Shown: positions 1-10,516, numbered from the stretch's first letter. The stretch is 64,000 nucleotides of DNA from an uncultured Methanomassiliicoccales archaeon (GCA_963695345.1 OY968769.1:1344001-1408000), one strand, 5' to 3'. Numbers and translations: made by a program. The notes: generated by a model from the sequence alone, not told the origin.

Positions 1-1157
1 TGGTCAAGATGAAGTCCGGCTATAATGTGGGCATCAGGACCGGTCCGGATACGGCCATCGAGGTCATATCAAAGGTCCAGCCCAAGGAAAGGAAACCGCA
101 GCGGCTCCACCCCTGCAAGGACAAGCGAACGGTGTCAGTGCTGGGTACTGGAGGGACGATAGCCTCCTACGTCGACTACCGCACCGGGGCGGTGCACCCG
201 GCCCTGTCCGCCGACGACCTGGTGGCGGCCGTGCCGGAGATAGCGGACATATGCAACGTCCGTTCCGAGGTGATCTTCTCCATCTTCAGCGAGAACATGA
301 CGGTGGAACATTGGCAGACGCTGGCGGGGGCAGTGGCGGACCGTTTGAATGGCGGCGTGGACGGATGCATCGTTCCCCATGGGACGGACACGATGGGTTA
401 CACATCGGCGGCGCTCTCGTTCATGCTCGAGGACCTCAGAAAGCCCGTCATGCTGGTGGGCGCCCAGAGATCGTCCGACCGGCCATCCACCGACGCACAC
501 ACCAACCTGGTGTCGGCGGCCCGTTTCATCGCCGAAGGGGACTCCGCGGGGGTATATGTCCTGATGCACGAGACTTCCTCGGATACCGCTGGAGCGGTAC
601 ACCTGGGAACCAAGGTGCGCAAGATGCACACCAGCAGGCGTGACGCATTCCAGAGCGTGAACTGCCGCCCGGTCGCCCGGATCGGGTTCGAAGGCCCGAT
701 CGAATATCTGGCCGACCATCAGAGGAGAGCTGAGGGAAAAGTGACGCTCAGGGAATCCATGGACGAAAAGGTGGCGTTGCTGCAGTATTACCCGGGGATG
801 TCCCCATCGGCGTTCGAGTCGGTGCTCGGTTCACACCACGGTATCGTCTTCGCCGGATCGGGGCTAGGTCACGTGTCTAAGGACATGGTCGTCGCCATCG
901 GAAAGGCCATCAAGGCCGGGACCCAGGTCGTGATGACGTCCCAGTGCCTCTATGGCCGGGTCAATCTGAACGTCTACGACACCGGCCGCGACCTGATCAC
1001 GGCCGGGGTCATTCCCGCCGAGGACATGCTGCCGGAGACCGCCTACGTCAAGCTGATGTGGGTGCTGGGTCAGACATCGGATGACCTAGAGGTGAGGCGG
1101 CTGATGCGAACGAACCTTCGCGGAGAGATAACGGAAAGGAGGGAGATCGATGGCTGA
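1..1157 (+). CDS. gatD: Glu-tRNA(Gln) amidotransferase subunit D (5' end outside the window)
   Basis: Asparaginase-like motifs GTGGTIAS, HGTDT, GAQRSSDRPS and KMHTSRRDAF; overlaps gatE start. Confidence 0.96.
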   Translation, partial: VKMKSGYNVGIRTGPDTAIEVISKVQPKERKPQRLHPCKDKRTVSVLGTGGTIASYVDYRTGAVHPALSADDLVAAVPEIADICNVRSEVIFSIFSENMTVEHWQTLAGAVADRLNGGVDGCIVPHGTDTMGYTSAALSFMLEDLRKPVMLVGAQRSSDRPSTDAHTNLVSAARFIAEGDSAGVYVLMHETSSDTAGAVHLGTKVRKMHTSRRDAFQSVNCRPVARIGFEGPIEYLADHQRRAEGKVTLRESMDEKVALLQYYPGMSPSAFESVLGSHHGIVFAGSGLGHVSKDMVVAIGKAIKAGTQVVMTSQCLYGRVNLNVYDTGRDLITAGVIPAEDMLPETAYVKLMWVLGQTSDDLEVRRLMRTNLRGEITERREIDG

Positions 1158-3012
1158 GCATGAACTCACTTGCGGCATCGAGATACACCAGCAGCTCAGC
1201 ACCAAGAAGTTGTTCTGCTCATGCGAATCGGACCTGGTTGAACAGGAGGGGTCCATACTGCTGCGCCGGCTCAGACCTTCCCAGTCTGAACTGGGCGAGA
1301 TAGACCGGGCGGTGCTGGCCCAGGCCGCCAGGAAGATGAGCTTCAGGTATCAGGCGCCGCCTTCCAGATGCTGTCTGGTTGAGGCTGATGAGGAACCTCC
1401 CCACGACGCGGACAAGGACGCGGTCCAGGCATCCCTGGTCGTTTCCGCACTGCTCAAGGCCCGGCCCGTCGATGAAGTGCACTACATGAGGAAGATCGTC
1501 ATCGACGGTTCGAACACCTCCGGTTTCCAGAGGACCGCCCTGATAGCGACCGATGGAATGCTTGAGGTCAATGGGAAGCAGATATCCATCCTCTCGGTCT
1601 GCCTCGAGGAGGACGCCGCGCGCAAGGTCGAGACCAAGGCCAGCGAGGTAACCTATCGCCTGGACCGGCTGGGCATACCTCTGATCGAGATAGCCACCGG
1701 CCCGGACATGCATGACGGCGAGACGGTGAGGGAGGTGGCCCAGCGGCTCGGTTCCATCCTCCGGGCGACCAAGAAGGTGAAGCGCGGCCTCGGGACGATC
1801 CGCGAGGATGTCAACATATCCATCCCAGGGGGAGCCAGGGTCGAGATCAAGGGCGTACAGGACCTGAAGCTGCTGCCGACATATGTGGAAAAGGAGGTGG
1901 AACGGCAGCGTTCGCTCCTCAGGATCCAGGGCATGCTCCGCGAGAGAGGCGTTACCCAGGTATCCGGCGAGGTGGTCGACTATACCGCAGTATTCGTCTC
2001 GTCCAAGTCGAAGGTGATAACCTCCGCGCTGGGCAAGAGCGGCAAGGTGCTGGGCATCAGGCTGCCGGGCTTCGTCGGCGTCATGAAGAGCGCTGACGGG
2101 AAGCTCCGCCTCGGTGCGGAGATGGCACAGCACGCCCGTACCCGCGGGGTCATGGGCATATTCCATTCCGATGAGCTGCCAGGTTATGGCATAACCCCGG
2201 AGACGGTGAACGACCTACGGGCCGCCATGGGATTGGGGGAAGGTGACGCCTTCGCCATCTGCGCCGACGACCCGGTCAAGGCGGACGCCGCCCTGAGAGC
2301 GGCGGCGGAACGGGCCAGGACGGCATTGGAAGGCGTTCCGGAGGAGACAAGGGACCCGCTGCCGGACGGCGGCAGTTCTTTCTCCAGGCCCTTACCGGGG
2401 GCTGGCAGGATGTATCCGGAGACCGACGTCAGGCCGATACCGATCACCCCTGAGCGCATGGCGGAGATCGAAGCCAACCTCCCCGAGCTACCAGAGCAGA
2501 CCATCAACCGCTTCGTCACCGCATATGGAATTCACAAGCAGCAGGCGGCTCAGATAGTCAGGGAAGGATTCGAGCAGCTCTTCGAAGAACTGGCCGCGAA
2601 GGACCAGGCAGGGGTGGCGGCGCGCACCTTCCTGAACACCTATCCGGAACTGGAGAAGGAGGGTCTGGACGTCTCTTCGATATCCGATGCCTCGGTGAGG
2701 GAGCTGTTCGACGCCCTGGCGAAGGGGTGCTTCACCAAAGAGGCGTTGCCGGACCTGCTGCGCCATATCGCCGGCGGGAAAAATGTCAAGGCGTCAATAG
2801 ACGCATTGGGCATAACCCAGGTGGACAGCGGGGAGGCCAGTACAATCATTTCCAAGCTGGTCAGGGAACGGGAACACTTCGTCCGGGAGAAGAAGATGGG
2901 TGCCATCGGGCCGCTAATGGCCCCGGCCATGGCCGAGCTCCGCGGCAAGGTGGATGGAAAGACGATCAGCGAGATACTCAAAAAGGAGATAGAGAAACTG
3001 CTCAACACGTGA
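1150..3012 (+). CDS. gatE: Glu-tRNA(Gln) amidotransferase subunit E
   Basis: GIEIHQQL, MRKIVIDGSNTSGFQRT, RLGIPLIEIAT and PGAGRMYPETD motifs; follows gatD. Confidence 0.97.
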   Translation: MAEHELTCGIEIHQQLSTKKLFCSCESDLVEQEGSILLRRLRPSQSELGEIDRAVLAQAARKMSFRYQAPPSRCCLVEADEEPPHDADKDAVQASLVVSALLKARPVDEVHYMRKIVIDGSNTSGFQRTALIATDGMLEVNGKQISILSVCLEEDAARKVETKASEVTYRLDRLGIPLIEIATGPDMHDGETVREVAQRLGSILRATKKVKRGLGTIREDVNISIPGGARVEIKGVQDLKLLPTYVEKEVERQRSLLRIQGMLRERGVTQVSGEVVDYTAVFVSSKSKVITSALGKSGKVLGIRLPGFVGVMKSADGKLRLGAEMAQHARTRGVMGIFHSDELPGYGITPETVNDLRAAMGLGEGDAFAICADDPVKADAALRAAAERARTALEGVPEETRDPLPDGGSSFSRPLPGAGRMYPETDVRPIPITPERMAEIEANLPELPEQTINRFVTAYGIHKQQAAQIVREGFEQLFEELAAKDQAGVAARTFLNTYPELEKEGLDVSSISDASVRELFDALAKGCFTKEALPDLLRHIAGGKNVKASIDALGITQVDSGEASTIISKLVREREHFVREKKMGAIGPLMAPAMAELRGKVDGKTISEILKKEIEKLLNT

Positions 3013-3583
3013 TCTCACGAGGTACCAGCTCCAGCACCCTGAGCTCCTCGAAGAACAGGTGCTGGGCCCGCAGCTCCCGGCTATGGAAAGGATAGAGCAT
3101 CTCCCTGAGCGGGGTCTGTTCCATGTCGGAGGAGACGATCACTATGATCCTCCCATCCTGGTTGAGGTGCGGCGGGGCCTGCTCCAGGAACCTCCCCAGT
3201 GTCTCCGTCCCGGTCCTGCCTCCCGCCCAGGCCAGATCGGAGACATCGGTGCCTTCTCCCCGGAGATAGGGTGGATTGAAAACGATCAGGTCGAAACAGC
3301 CGCGAACGTTCTGGAAGAGGTCCGACCGTATCACCTCGAGCCTCAGCCCGTTAAGGCCGGCGGCCGCCTTGGCGCAGAATGCCGCCTCCTGGTTGACGTC
3401 GACCGCGGTCACCGCTGCCCCTGCCTTGGCCAGATGAAGTGAGACCAGTCCGCTGCCGCATCCTATCTCCAGCACACGGTCTCCGGGAACGACCTCGAGA
3501 GCGTCGATCAGCAGGAACGTGTCGTCGGACGGGCAGTAGACTCCTTCCGGGCAGTTCACGACGATCGATGTATCCAGTTTCAT
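3002..3583 (-). CDS. HemK2/Mtq2-family protein glutamine methyltransferase
   Basis: VYCPSDDTFLL, LEIGCGSG SAM-binding motif and FNPPY motif. Confidence 0.9.
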   Translation of the reverse strand: MKLDTSIVVNCPEGVYCPSDDTFLLIDALEVVPGDRVLEIGCGSGLVSLHLAKAGAAVTAVDVNQEAAFCAKAAAGLNGLRLEVIRSDLFQNVRGCFDLIVFNPPYLRGEGTDVSDLAWAGGRTGTETLGRFLEQAPPHLNQDGRIIVIVSSDMEQTPLREMLYPFHSRELRAQHLFFEELRVLELVPREITC

Positions 3584-3698
3584 GGGCGTTTATCCATACC
3601 TCATTCCCCGATGGCGGGATAAAGCCATTGGCTGACATTCCTGGAGATGTCGGCGAAACAATAATAACCAGAGGTGTGCTTGATGGCGTCTGGGCTCC

Positions 3699-4604
3699 AT
3701 GGACATTCTGTCGATAGTCGCTGTCATCGTCATGCTGGTGGCAATGGCGATCGGGTTCATGAGGCGGTTCAGCTACACCAACGTACTGGTCGTGGCTAAC
3801 CTTGTGGTATTCATGCTGACGCTCCTGGCCCCTCTGACGCCATTCTCCGGCGGACTGAGGGCGGTACAGACCGACCTGGGGTTCAGGGCGACCTATTTCA
3901 CGGATGACATAGGCCATCTATACACCATCTTCACCAATCTGTTCATTCATGCGAATTTCTTTCACGTCATAGGGAACATGCTCTTCCTGTTCCTCATCGG
4001 CAACTCCTATGAGGAGAGGGTGGGAAAGAACAAGTTCGTGGCCACCTACCTCATCGCCGGAGTGGCCGGGACGCTGGTCGAATCGGTCGTACTGACGGGT
4101 TCGAACAGTTTGTTGATCGGTGCCTCGGGGGCCATCGCCGGGGTCATGGGAGCCATGCTCCTGCTCTATCCCCGGGATAAGGTCCCGATGTTCCTGTTTG
4201 TCATATTCCTGCCCGCGGTCTCGGTCTGGCTGGCGGTCGGGTCCTGGTTCGCCTGGCAGGTGTTCTTGGCGTTCTCCACGCCGACCAGCCTGGTGGGCGG
4301 GGGGATAGGGTTCGGGGCCCACTTCGGCGGATTCCTCGCCGGCATGCTGGTGGCACACCTCTATCCCCAATCCCTGGCCAAGACGCCCCGGGCGGTGGAT
4401 GTGACCGACCTCGAGTCCCTGGCGACGACCAAGGAGCTCAGGGATGCCCTCGACCACATCCGGGGTGAGACCAACCCGGACATACGCAACGCGTGGCTGG
4501 ATTATTTTGCCGAGCACGCCGTCTGTCCCAAATGCGGCAACCGCCCCAAGTGGAAGGGAAACAATATTAAGTGCTCCTGTGGATTTGAAACATCGTTGAA
4601 ATGA
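3699..4604 (+). CDS. Rhomboid intramembrane serine protease with C-terminal zinc ribbon
   Basis: HANFFHVIGNM, GASG catalytic Ser, AHFGG catalytic His; C-terminal CPKC...CSCG. Confidence 0.92.
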   Translation: MDILSIVAVIVMLVAMAIGFMRRFSYTNVLVVANLVVFMLTLLAPLTPFSGGLRAVQTDLGFRATYFTDDIGHLYTIFTNLFIHANFFHVIGNMLFLFLIGNSYEERVGKNKFVATYLIAGVAGTLVESVVLTGSNSLLIGASGAIAGVMGAMLLLYPRDKVPMFLFVIFLPAVSVWLAVGSWFAWQVFLAFSTPTSLVGGGIGFGAHFGGFLAGMLVAHLYPQSLAKTPRAVDVTDLESLATTKELRDALDHIRGETNPDIRNAWLDYFAEHAVCPKCGNRPKWKGNNIKCSCGFETSLK

Positions 4605-5206
4605 CGCCCATCAAGGTCACCGTCCTGTGCGAAGGCCGCATCGTGAGGAACGGAAAGGAGATATTGGAGGCCCATTCGTCGGTCACCATGGTCACCTGGC
4701 CCGAGCACATCATGATCGTCGATTCCAGCGACGACGATTACCGCCCCCGGGTGGTCGATGCGCTATCGGCCAACGAGGTCGATCCTGACCAAGTGGACAT
4801 CGTCGTGAACACGCACCTGCACTCCGATCACTGCTCGAACAACGACCTGTTCGGCTACGCGATCCAGATGGCCCACAGGTTGGAAGACCCTCCCCTGCCA
4901 TATGTCCAAGTTACGCAGGACCAGGAACTGTTCCCAGGGATCACCCTGGTGCACACTCCGGGCCACACTCCCGGCACCATGAGCGTGTTCGTCGAGGCGG
5001 AACGTAGGTATGCGATCGTCGGGGACGCCATACCCACCTTCGATAATGTGAGGCGCTGGGTACCGCCCGGGGTCGCATGTGACGGGGAGGCTGCGCTAAG
5101 GAGCATGAAGAAGATAGTATCCTTCGCCGACATCGTCGTTCCCGGGCATGATGCGCCGTTCGAGGTCGACCGTACAAACGATAGATTTATCCAGAACAGA
5201 GCATAA
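4601..5206 (+). CDS. MBL-fold metallo-hydrolase
   Basis: THLHSDH, HTPGHT, GDA and PGH motifs; ATGA overlap with rhomboid. Confidence 0.9.
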   Translation: MTPIKVTVLCEGRIVRNGKEILEAHSSVTMVTWPEHIMIVDSSDDDYRPRVVDALSANEVDPDQVDIVVNTHLHSDHCSNNDLFGYAIQMAHRLEDPPLPYVQVTQDQELFPGITLVHTPGHTPGTMSVFVEAERRYAIVGDAIPTFDNVRRWVPPGVACDGEAALRSMKKIVSFADIVVPGHDAPFEVDRTNDRFIQNRA

Positions 5207-5214
5207 TCGCCGTG

Positions 5215-5826
5215 ATGAGTGATATGAACATACCGAACGCCCTTAACCTTGAATGTCCGGATTGCGGAGAGAAGACAGTGCACGAGGTGCTGAGGGGCAA
5301 GATCAGCAAGGAAGGGGACGTGCTGGAGACCACGGTCAAATGCCAGCAATGCGCAAAGGTCTACACGACCGTCGTCAGGGAACCGAAGGCGGTTCTTGTC
5401 CCCATAATCGTGTCCGAGATGGGAAGCTCCAAACGCTACGAGGTGGAGATGTCCCAAGGCGACCTGGTCTCCTACGAGGATGAGATGTTCGTCGAGGACA
5501 TGCCGGTGCTCATCACCGGACTGGAGGTCGGCGGCCGCCGCGTGATGAAAGCGAAGGCCGAGGAGATTTCCACTCTCTGGGCGAAGAAGTTTGATAAGGT
5601 CAGGGTAAGAATAGCGGTCAACAAGGGCAGCAAGACGCTATCCATTGACATCACCGCCACGCCCGATGAGGAATTCTTCGTCGGCGACCTGATGACCCTG
5701 GGACGTGAGGAAGTGGTCATCCATTCGATCAAGACGACGGACGGCGGCATGGCCAAGACCGGCGCCGTGCGGGCCAGGGACATCGTCCGTATCTACGCCA
5801 AGAAGGCCAGGACGACATACTCCTGA
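5215..5826 (+). CDS. Archaeal zinc-finger protein (HVO_0476-like)
   Basis: CPDCG...HEVL...CQQC N-terminus, duplicated beta-rich halves, ends ARDIVRIY; adjacent to pcm. Confidence 0.8.
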   Translation: MSDMNIPNALNLECPDCGEKTVHEVLRGKISKEGDVLETTVKCQQCAKVYTTVVREPKAVLVPIIVSEMGSSKRYEVEMSQGDLVSYEDEMFVEDMPVLITGLEVGGRRVMKAKAEEISTLWAKKFDKVRVRIAVNKGSKTLSIDITATPDEEFFVGDLMTLGREEVVIHSIKTTDGGMAKTGAVRARDIVRIYAKKARTTYS

Positions 5827-5833
5827 AGGACCG

Positions 5834-6487
5834 ATGGGAACCGAGCAAGAGCGTAAGAGGATGATCGCCGAGCTGGTCGCATCCGGCTATGTTCAAGGCA
5901 AGGAGGCAGAGGCGGCCATGGAGAAAGTGGAACGGCACCGGTTCCTGCCTCGCGCCTTGGAGGGAGTGGCCTATGTCGATTCCCCGCTCTCCATCGGGGA
6001 GGGGCAGACCATCTCGGCTCCCCATATGGTCGGCATGATGGTCAGCGGTCTGGACCTGCGCCCCGGCATGAAGGTGCTGGAGATCGGGGGCGGCTCCGGT
6101 TACCACGCGGCGGTCATCGCCGAGATGGTGATGCCCGGAGGTCACGTCTACAGTATCGAGAGGCTACCATCGCTGGCGGAGCGGGCGAGGGCGAGCCTGG
6201 AGGCGGCCGGATACGCGGACACCGTGACCACCATCGTGGCTGACGGATCGAAGGGATGTCCGACCTACGCTCCCTACGACCGGGTAAGCGTCGCCTGCGG
6301 CGCACCGGACGTCCCGCCCCCGCTTTTTGAGCAGATGAAGGAGGGCGGCAAGATGCTGATCCCGGTCGGCGGGCGAACCTACCAGGAACTGTATCTAGTC
6401 ATCAAGGAGGACGGCAAGAGAAAGATGCTGGACCTGGGGTCCGTGGTCTTCGTACCGCTGATCGGGGAGTACGGTTTCAAGGAGTGA
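5834..6487 (+). CDS. pcm: Protein-L-isoaspartate O-methyltransferase
   Basis: GQTISAPHMV, LEIGGGSGYHAA and VFVPLIG; ATG at 5834 is in frame with the ORF-track ORF. Confidence 0.94.
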   Translation: MGTEQERKRMIAELVASGYVQGKEAEAAMEKVERHRFLPRALEGVAYVDSPLSIGEGQTISAPHMVGMMVSGLDLRPGMKVLEIGGGSGYHAAVIAEMVMPGGHVYSIERLPSLAERARASLEAAGYADTVTTIVADGSKGCPTYAPYDRVSVACGAPDVPPPLFEQMKEGGKMLIPVGGRTYQELYLVIKEDGKRKMLDLGSVVFVPLIGEYGFKE

Positions 6488-6489
6488 GA

Positions 6490-7170
6490 TCAACCCTTCA
6501 GGCCGGTCTGCTGGCCGAGGATATATGGCAGGATGTCCGAAATGTCGTTGCTGCGGACCACGACGTTCGCCTGATGCGCCACGTAGTCGTCTATCGGATT
6601 GAAGGCGATCTTCAGATTCGACGCCTCGAACATGGACACGTCGATGAAGCTGTTGCCGACGCTGCAGACGTGCTCCCTGTCCACCCCGTAGACCGAGGAG
6701 AACCTTTCCACCGCCTGGCGTTTGTTGGCGAGCTCGACCCGAAGCACGCCCTCGCCGGTCAGCTTTCCGGTGGTGTCGCAGGCGAAGCCGTTAGCCACCC
6801 AATCATCGAAGCCGTAGCGCTTGGCGATCTTGGACGCCACCACATCCAGGCCGCCGCTCACGATGACGGTCTTGATGCCATGCCATTTCAGCTCGTCAAC
6901 GGTCCTCTGGATCCCCTCCACGATCGGCAAGGGCTCCAGGATCGTGGTGACGTCCGAGAGGCAGAGGTTGGGTTTCTTGTTCAGCCAAAGGGCGATGTCC
7001 CGGCGCATGAACTCCATGTCGTCAATCTCCCCCTTGACGAACGCCTTGATGGACTCCTCGCTCTTTACCCCGAAATGGTCGTGCACCCAGGTCCAGGACG
7101 ATTCATAATCGACCAGCACGCCGTCCATGTCGAATGCCACCATTCCAAAGTCGTGTCTTACCTTCGGCAT
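6490..7170 (-). CDS. HAD-family phosphatase, phosphoserine phosphatase (SerB)-like
   Basis: FDMDGVL motif I, VSGG motif II, K and GNSFID motifs. Confidence 0.85.
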   Translation of the reverse strand: MPKVRHDFGMVAFDMDGVLVDYESSWTWVHDHFGVKSEESIKAFVKGEIDDMEFMRRDIALWLNKKPNLCLSDVTTILEPLPIVEGIQRTVDELKWHGIKTVIVSGGLDVVASKIAKRYGFDDWVANGFACDTTGKLTGEGVLRVELANKRQAVERFSSVYGVDREHVCSVGNSFIDVSMFEASNLKIAFNPIDDYVAHQANVVVRSNDISDILPYILGQQTGLKG

Positions 7171-7301
7171 GGCTAGGCCGAGGAATGATGGGGCTATTAA
7201 GCATTGTGAGAACGGCCGGAGCAAAGTCCGGTACATCTAAATAACGAGAAAAAATGCCCTTAACCTACTAGTTGCTACTATCAGCTCTAGGATGTGCTGA
7301 A

Positions 7302-8993
7302 ATGAGAAAGGACCCAAGCAAGGCAATGCACGCGGTCATCGCGCTAACGTTACTCCTCGGTATGCTGCTTTTGGTCCCTGCGTCCGGCCATTCGGTCGCC
7401 GATACCGGCGCTGGGACCAGCCTGACCGAATTGACCGGCCTGAATGCCCACGCCCCGATACGCATCGACGGGGACGCAGAACTCATCGAATTGGCCAATG
7501 CCGAGGGCTGGCCGGGGATCGGGACGGCGGCGAACCCGTTCATGATCGGGGACCTCGAGATCAAATCCAACGGTTCATACAACGGCATCTACATCGGCAA
7601 CGTTACGCTGAGCATCGAAATAGCCAACTGTTCGGTCAGTGGCGCAAGCAGCGCAGCGGCGGATGACTATCCTTACAACTACGGCGCGGGGATCGCCATA
7701 GTGAACGTCTCCGGGGTGGCGACCGTCCGGAACAACCTCTGCGATGGGAACAGCGAAGGCATATTCGTCTATCTGTCGAACTCGATCCTGTTGGAGGGCA
7801 ATACCTGCAACAACAACGGCTACGACGGGATCAACCTGTTCGGATGCAACTCCGGCACCATACGGAACAACATCTGCAGCGGCAATGCCAACACCGGAAT
7901 ATACCTGGCGGGGTCGAGTACCGGAAATACGATAGCCAACAACGTCTGTGGCGCTGAAGGATACGGAATATATCTGTACCGCTCCGGGTCGAATATGGTG
8001 ACCGGGAACATATGCAACAGCGACGGTCACGGAATACTTCTGGGGGGTTCGGATGACAGTACCGTCACGGACAACATCTGCGGGAGCTCGACCCTGAGCG
8101 GGATAACCTTGGAGGGGAGCAATAATAGTGTCGTATCCAGGAACACCTGCGATGACAGCGGGTACTACGGGATATTCCTGGACAGCTCCAGCGGGGACAC
8201 CGTCTCCCTCAACACCTGTACCGGCAACAAATACTACGGCATCTTTCTGGGCGGTTCGAACTCCAACAAGGTGATGGACAATGATTGCAGTTCCAACAGC
8301 TTCTATGGTATCTACCTTTTCAGCTCCTGGTCCAACACCGTCTCGGGCAACACCTGCGACTACAACACCCACTACGGCGTTTACCTATACAGCGCCAGCA
8401 TCAATAACACGATCCGTTCGAACATCTGCGACGGGAATGAGGAGGTCGGCATTTTCCTCTACGCCTCCGGCACCGAGAACCGGGTCAGCGAAAACTACTG
8501 CGACAACAATGGTCACTATGGGATATACCTCTACGCCTCGAACTACACCGCCATCACCGGGAACCTTTGCCGCATGAACGGGCACTATGGGATCTATCTC
8601 TACAATGAAAGCTCCAACAACTCCGTCACCGGGAATAAGTGCGATGACAACACGGAGACCGGGATACTCCTCTACCTGGATTGTGGGTACAACTATGTCG
8701 GGTCCAACACCTGCAACGGCAACAAAGGCAATGGCATACAGCTGCTCCAGGCGTGCTCGAACAACACAGTAATCGACAACGCCTGCCTGGACAACGGCGA
8801 GAGCATAAGCGTGGACCAGACCAGTCTGGGTAACATGATCACCGGCAATACCGTCAAGGGATCTTCCGGCAACGACTGGGCATGGTTCGCGGTGGGCGGG
8901 GCGACCGTCCTGGCCATCGTGCTCTTGGCAATCCTGATGCTGAGGAGGAAGAAAAGGGGACCGTCACGCAAGAAAAGCAAGGGCGGAAGGTGA
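7302..8993 (+). CDS. Cell-surface right-handed beta-helix (NosD/PbH1-repeat) adhesin-like protein
   Basis: Signal peptide, about 16 repeats of the form V-x-x-N-x-C-x-x-N...GIYL, C-terminal TM helix and basic tail. Confidence 0.88.
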   Translation: MRKDPSKAMHAVIALTLLLGMLLLVPASGHSVADTGAGTSLTELTGLNAHAPIRIDGDAELIELANAEGWPGIGTAANPFMIGDLEIKSNGSYNGIYIGNVTLSIEIANCSVSGASSAAADDYPYNYGAGIAIVNVSGVATVRNNLCDGNSEGIFVYLSNSILLEGNTCNNNGYDGINLFGCNSGTIRNNICSGNANTGIYLAGSSTGNTIANNVCGAEGYGIYLYRSGSNMVTGNICNSDGHGILLGGSDDSTVTDNICGSSTLSGITLEGSNNSVVSRNTCDDSGYYGIFLDSSSGDTVSLNTCTGNKYYGIFLGGSNSNKVMDNDCSSNSFYGIYLFSSWSNTVSGNTCDYNTHYGVYLYSASINNTIRSNICDGNEEVGIFLYASGTENRVSENYCDNNGHYGIYLYASNYTAITGNLCRMNGHYGIYLYNESSNNSVTGNKCDDNTETGILLYLDCGYNYVGSNTCNGNKGNGIQLLQACSNNTVIDNACLDNGESISVDQTSLGNMITGNTVKGSSGNDWAWFAVGGATVLAIVLLAILMLRRKKRGPSRKKSKGGR

Positions 8994-9077
8994 ACGAATG
9001 CATCCGGGCGTATCCACCTGGCCATGGGGCCATTCAGGTGGGAGGCTTATAATAACCTCAAATCCATTGGCTTCATC

Positions 9078-9791
9078 ATGATTACGCTAGTCGGGGTCGG
9101 GCATGTCTTCGACATCGCGGCCCAGGTCAAGCAGGTGATCCGGGAGAGAGGTCCGGGGGCGGTGTGCATCGAGCTCGATCAGGAACGGTACGAGGCGCTC
9201 CGCCATCCCCGGGAGCGGGAGGGGGTACCGTTGCCGTATAAATTGCTGGCATTCATGCAGAAGCGCATGGCCCGGCAATACGGCGGGGAGGTGGGCAACG
9301 AAATGCTGGCGGCCGCCGATGAGGCCGAGGAGATCAATGCCCGGCTGCTGCTCATCGATGCCGAGGCGGGAAATCTGTTCAACCGGCTCTGGCAGGAGAT
9401 GTCTTTCCGTGAAAGGGTTTTGCTCATGGTATCGAGCGTCGGCGGCCTGCTCATGAGCCGCAGGCGCATCGACAACGAGATCGAGAACTTCCAGGACAAC
9501 GAGGCATCATATCTGGAGCAGATGGGCCAGGAGTTCCCCACCATCAAGCGTGTGCTCATCGATGAAAGGAACCAGCTAATGGGCGCCCGAATTCTGTCCG
9601 CCGAGGTCCAGTTCGGCAGCGTGGTCGCCGTGGTCGGGGATGGGCATATCGACGGGATCGTATCCCTGGTCAACCGCCCGGATATCGAGGTGATCCGTCT
9701 GAAGGCCCTGAAGGAGATCCCGATAAAGGATGTCCAGAGCGGCTCCGGCACATCGGAGGCCCATATCCAATTCACCGTCAGTATGGAATGA
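9078..9791 (+). CDS. TraB/GumN-family protein
   Basis: LVGVGHV, VCIELDQERY, LIDERN and VVGDGH motifs. Confidence 0.88.
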   Translation: MITLVGVGHVFDIAAQVKQVIRERGPGAVCIELDQERYEALRHPREREGVPLPYKLLAFMQKRMARQYGGEVGNEMLAAADEAEEINARLLLIDAEAGNLFNRLWQEMSFRERVLLMVSSVGGLLMSRRRIDNEIENFQDNEASYLEQMGQEFPTIKRVLIDERNQLMGARILSAEVQFGSVVAVVGDGHIDGIVSLVNRPDIEVIRLKALKEIPIKDVQSGSGTSEAHIQFTVSME

Positions 9792-9832
9792 AGAAAGGAT
9801 TAATCATCCGGTAGGGAATCTCCTTGATGTCC

Positions 9833-10516
9833 ATGAAGGTCAAGCTGCTGTCTTACACCAACCAAGCGGAGGTACTGTGCGCCACCGCCGCCCGGACCTG
9901 CTATTCCTCCGATGCGCCGTCGAAGATACTGGAGAATGTCGATGGTGGAAAGGCTGGCAAGTTCATCGACAACGTGGTGGGGATGGGGCATCATTCGATC
10001 ATCGAGCACGCCTACTACACTTTCTCCCTGGAGGGCGTCTCCCGGGCGATGACCCACCAGCTGGTGCGGCATCGGCTGGCCTCGTTCTCCCAGCAGTCCC
10101 AGAGGTATGTTTCGTTGCTGACCCCCGACTTTGTCGTCCCGCCGACCGTAAAGGGCAATCCGGATGCGGAAAAGCGGTTCCGGGGGGCGATGGAACAGGC
10201 CTGGGAGGCCTACCAGAGGCTGGCCGAGCTGGTACCGGTCGAGGATGCCCGCTATGTTCTACCGAACGCCTGCACCAGCAACATCATGGTCACGATGAAC
10301 GCCCGGGAACTCTTGCATTTCTTCACCTTGAGGTGCTGCAACCGGGCCCAATGGGAGATCCGGGAGGTGGCCGACATGATGCTCGAAGAGGTGCTCAAAG
10401 TGTCCCCATCCATCTTCAAGGAGGCCGGCCCTGGATGCGTCCGTGGGCCCTGTCCCGAGGGTAAGATGACGTGCGGTCATCCGAGGAAAGCGTTGAAAAA
10501 GGCTTATATAGACTGA
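9833..10516 (+). CDS. thyX: FAD-dependent thymidylate synthase
   Basis: GHHSIIEH, HQLVRHRLASFSQQSQRY signature, AQWEIR. Confidence 0.96.
   Translation: MKVKLLSYTNQAEVLCATAARTCYSSDAPSKILENVDGGKAGKFIDNVVGMGHHSIIEHAYYTFSLEGVSRAMTHQLVRHRLASFSQQSQRYVSLLTPDFVVPPTVKGNPDAEKRFRGAMEQAWEAYQRLAELVPVEDARYVLPNACTSNIMVTMNARELLHFFTLRCCNRAQWEIREVADMMLEEVLKVSPSIFKEAGPGCVRGPCPEGKMTCGHPRKALKKAYID
10495..10511 (+). promoter_or_regulatory. BRE/TATA promoter for rps17e embedded in the thyX 3' end
   Basis: GAAAAAGGC-TTATATAG about 37 nt upstream of the S17e ATG. Confidence 0.5.
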
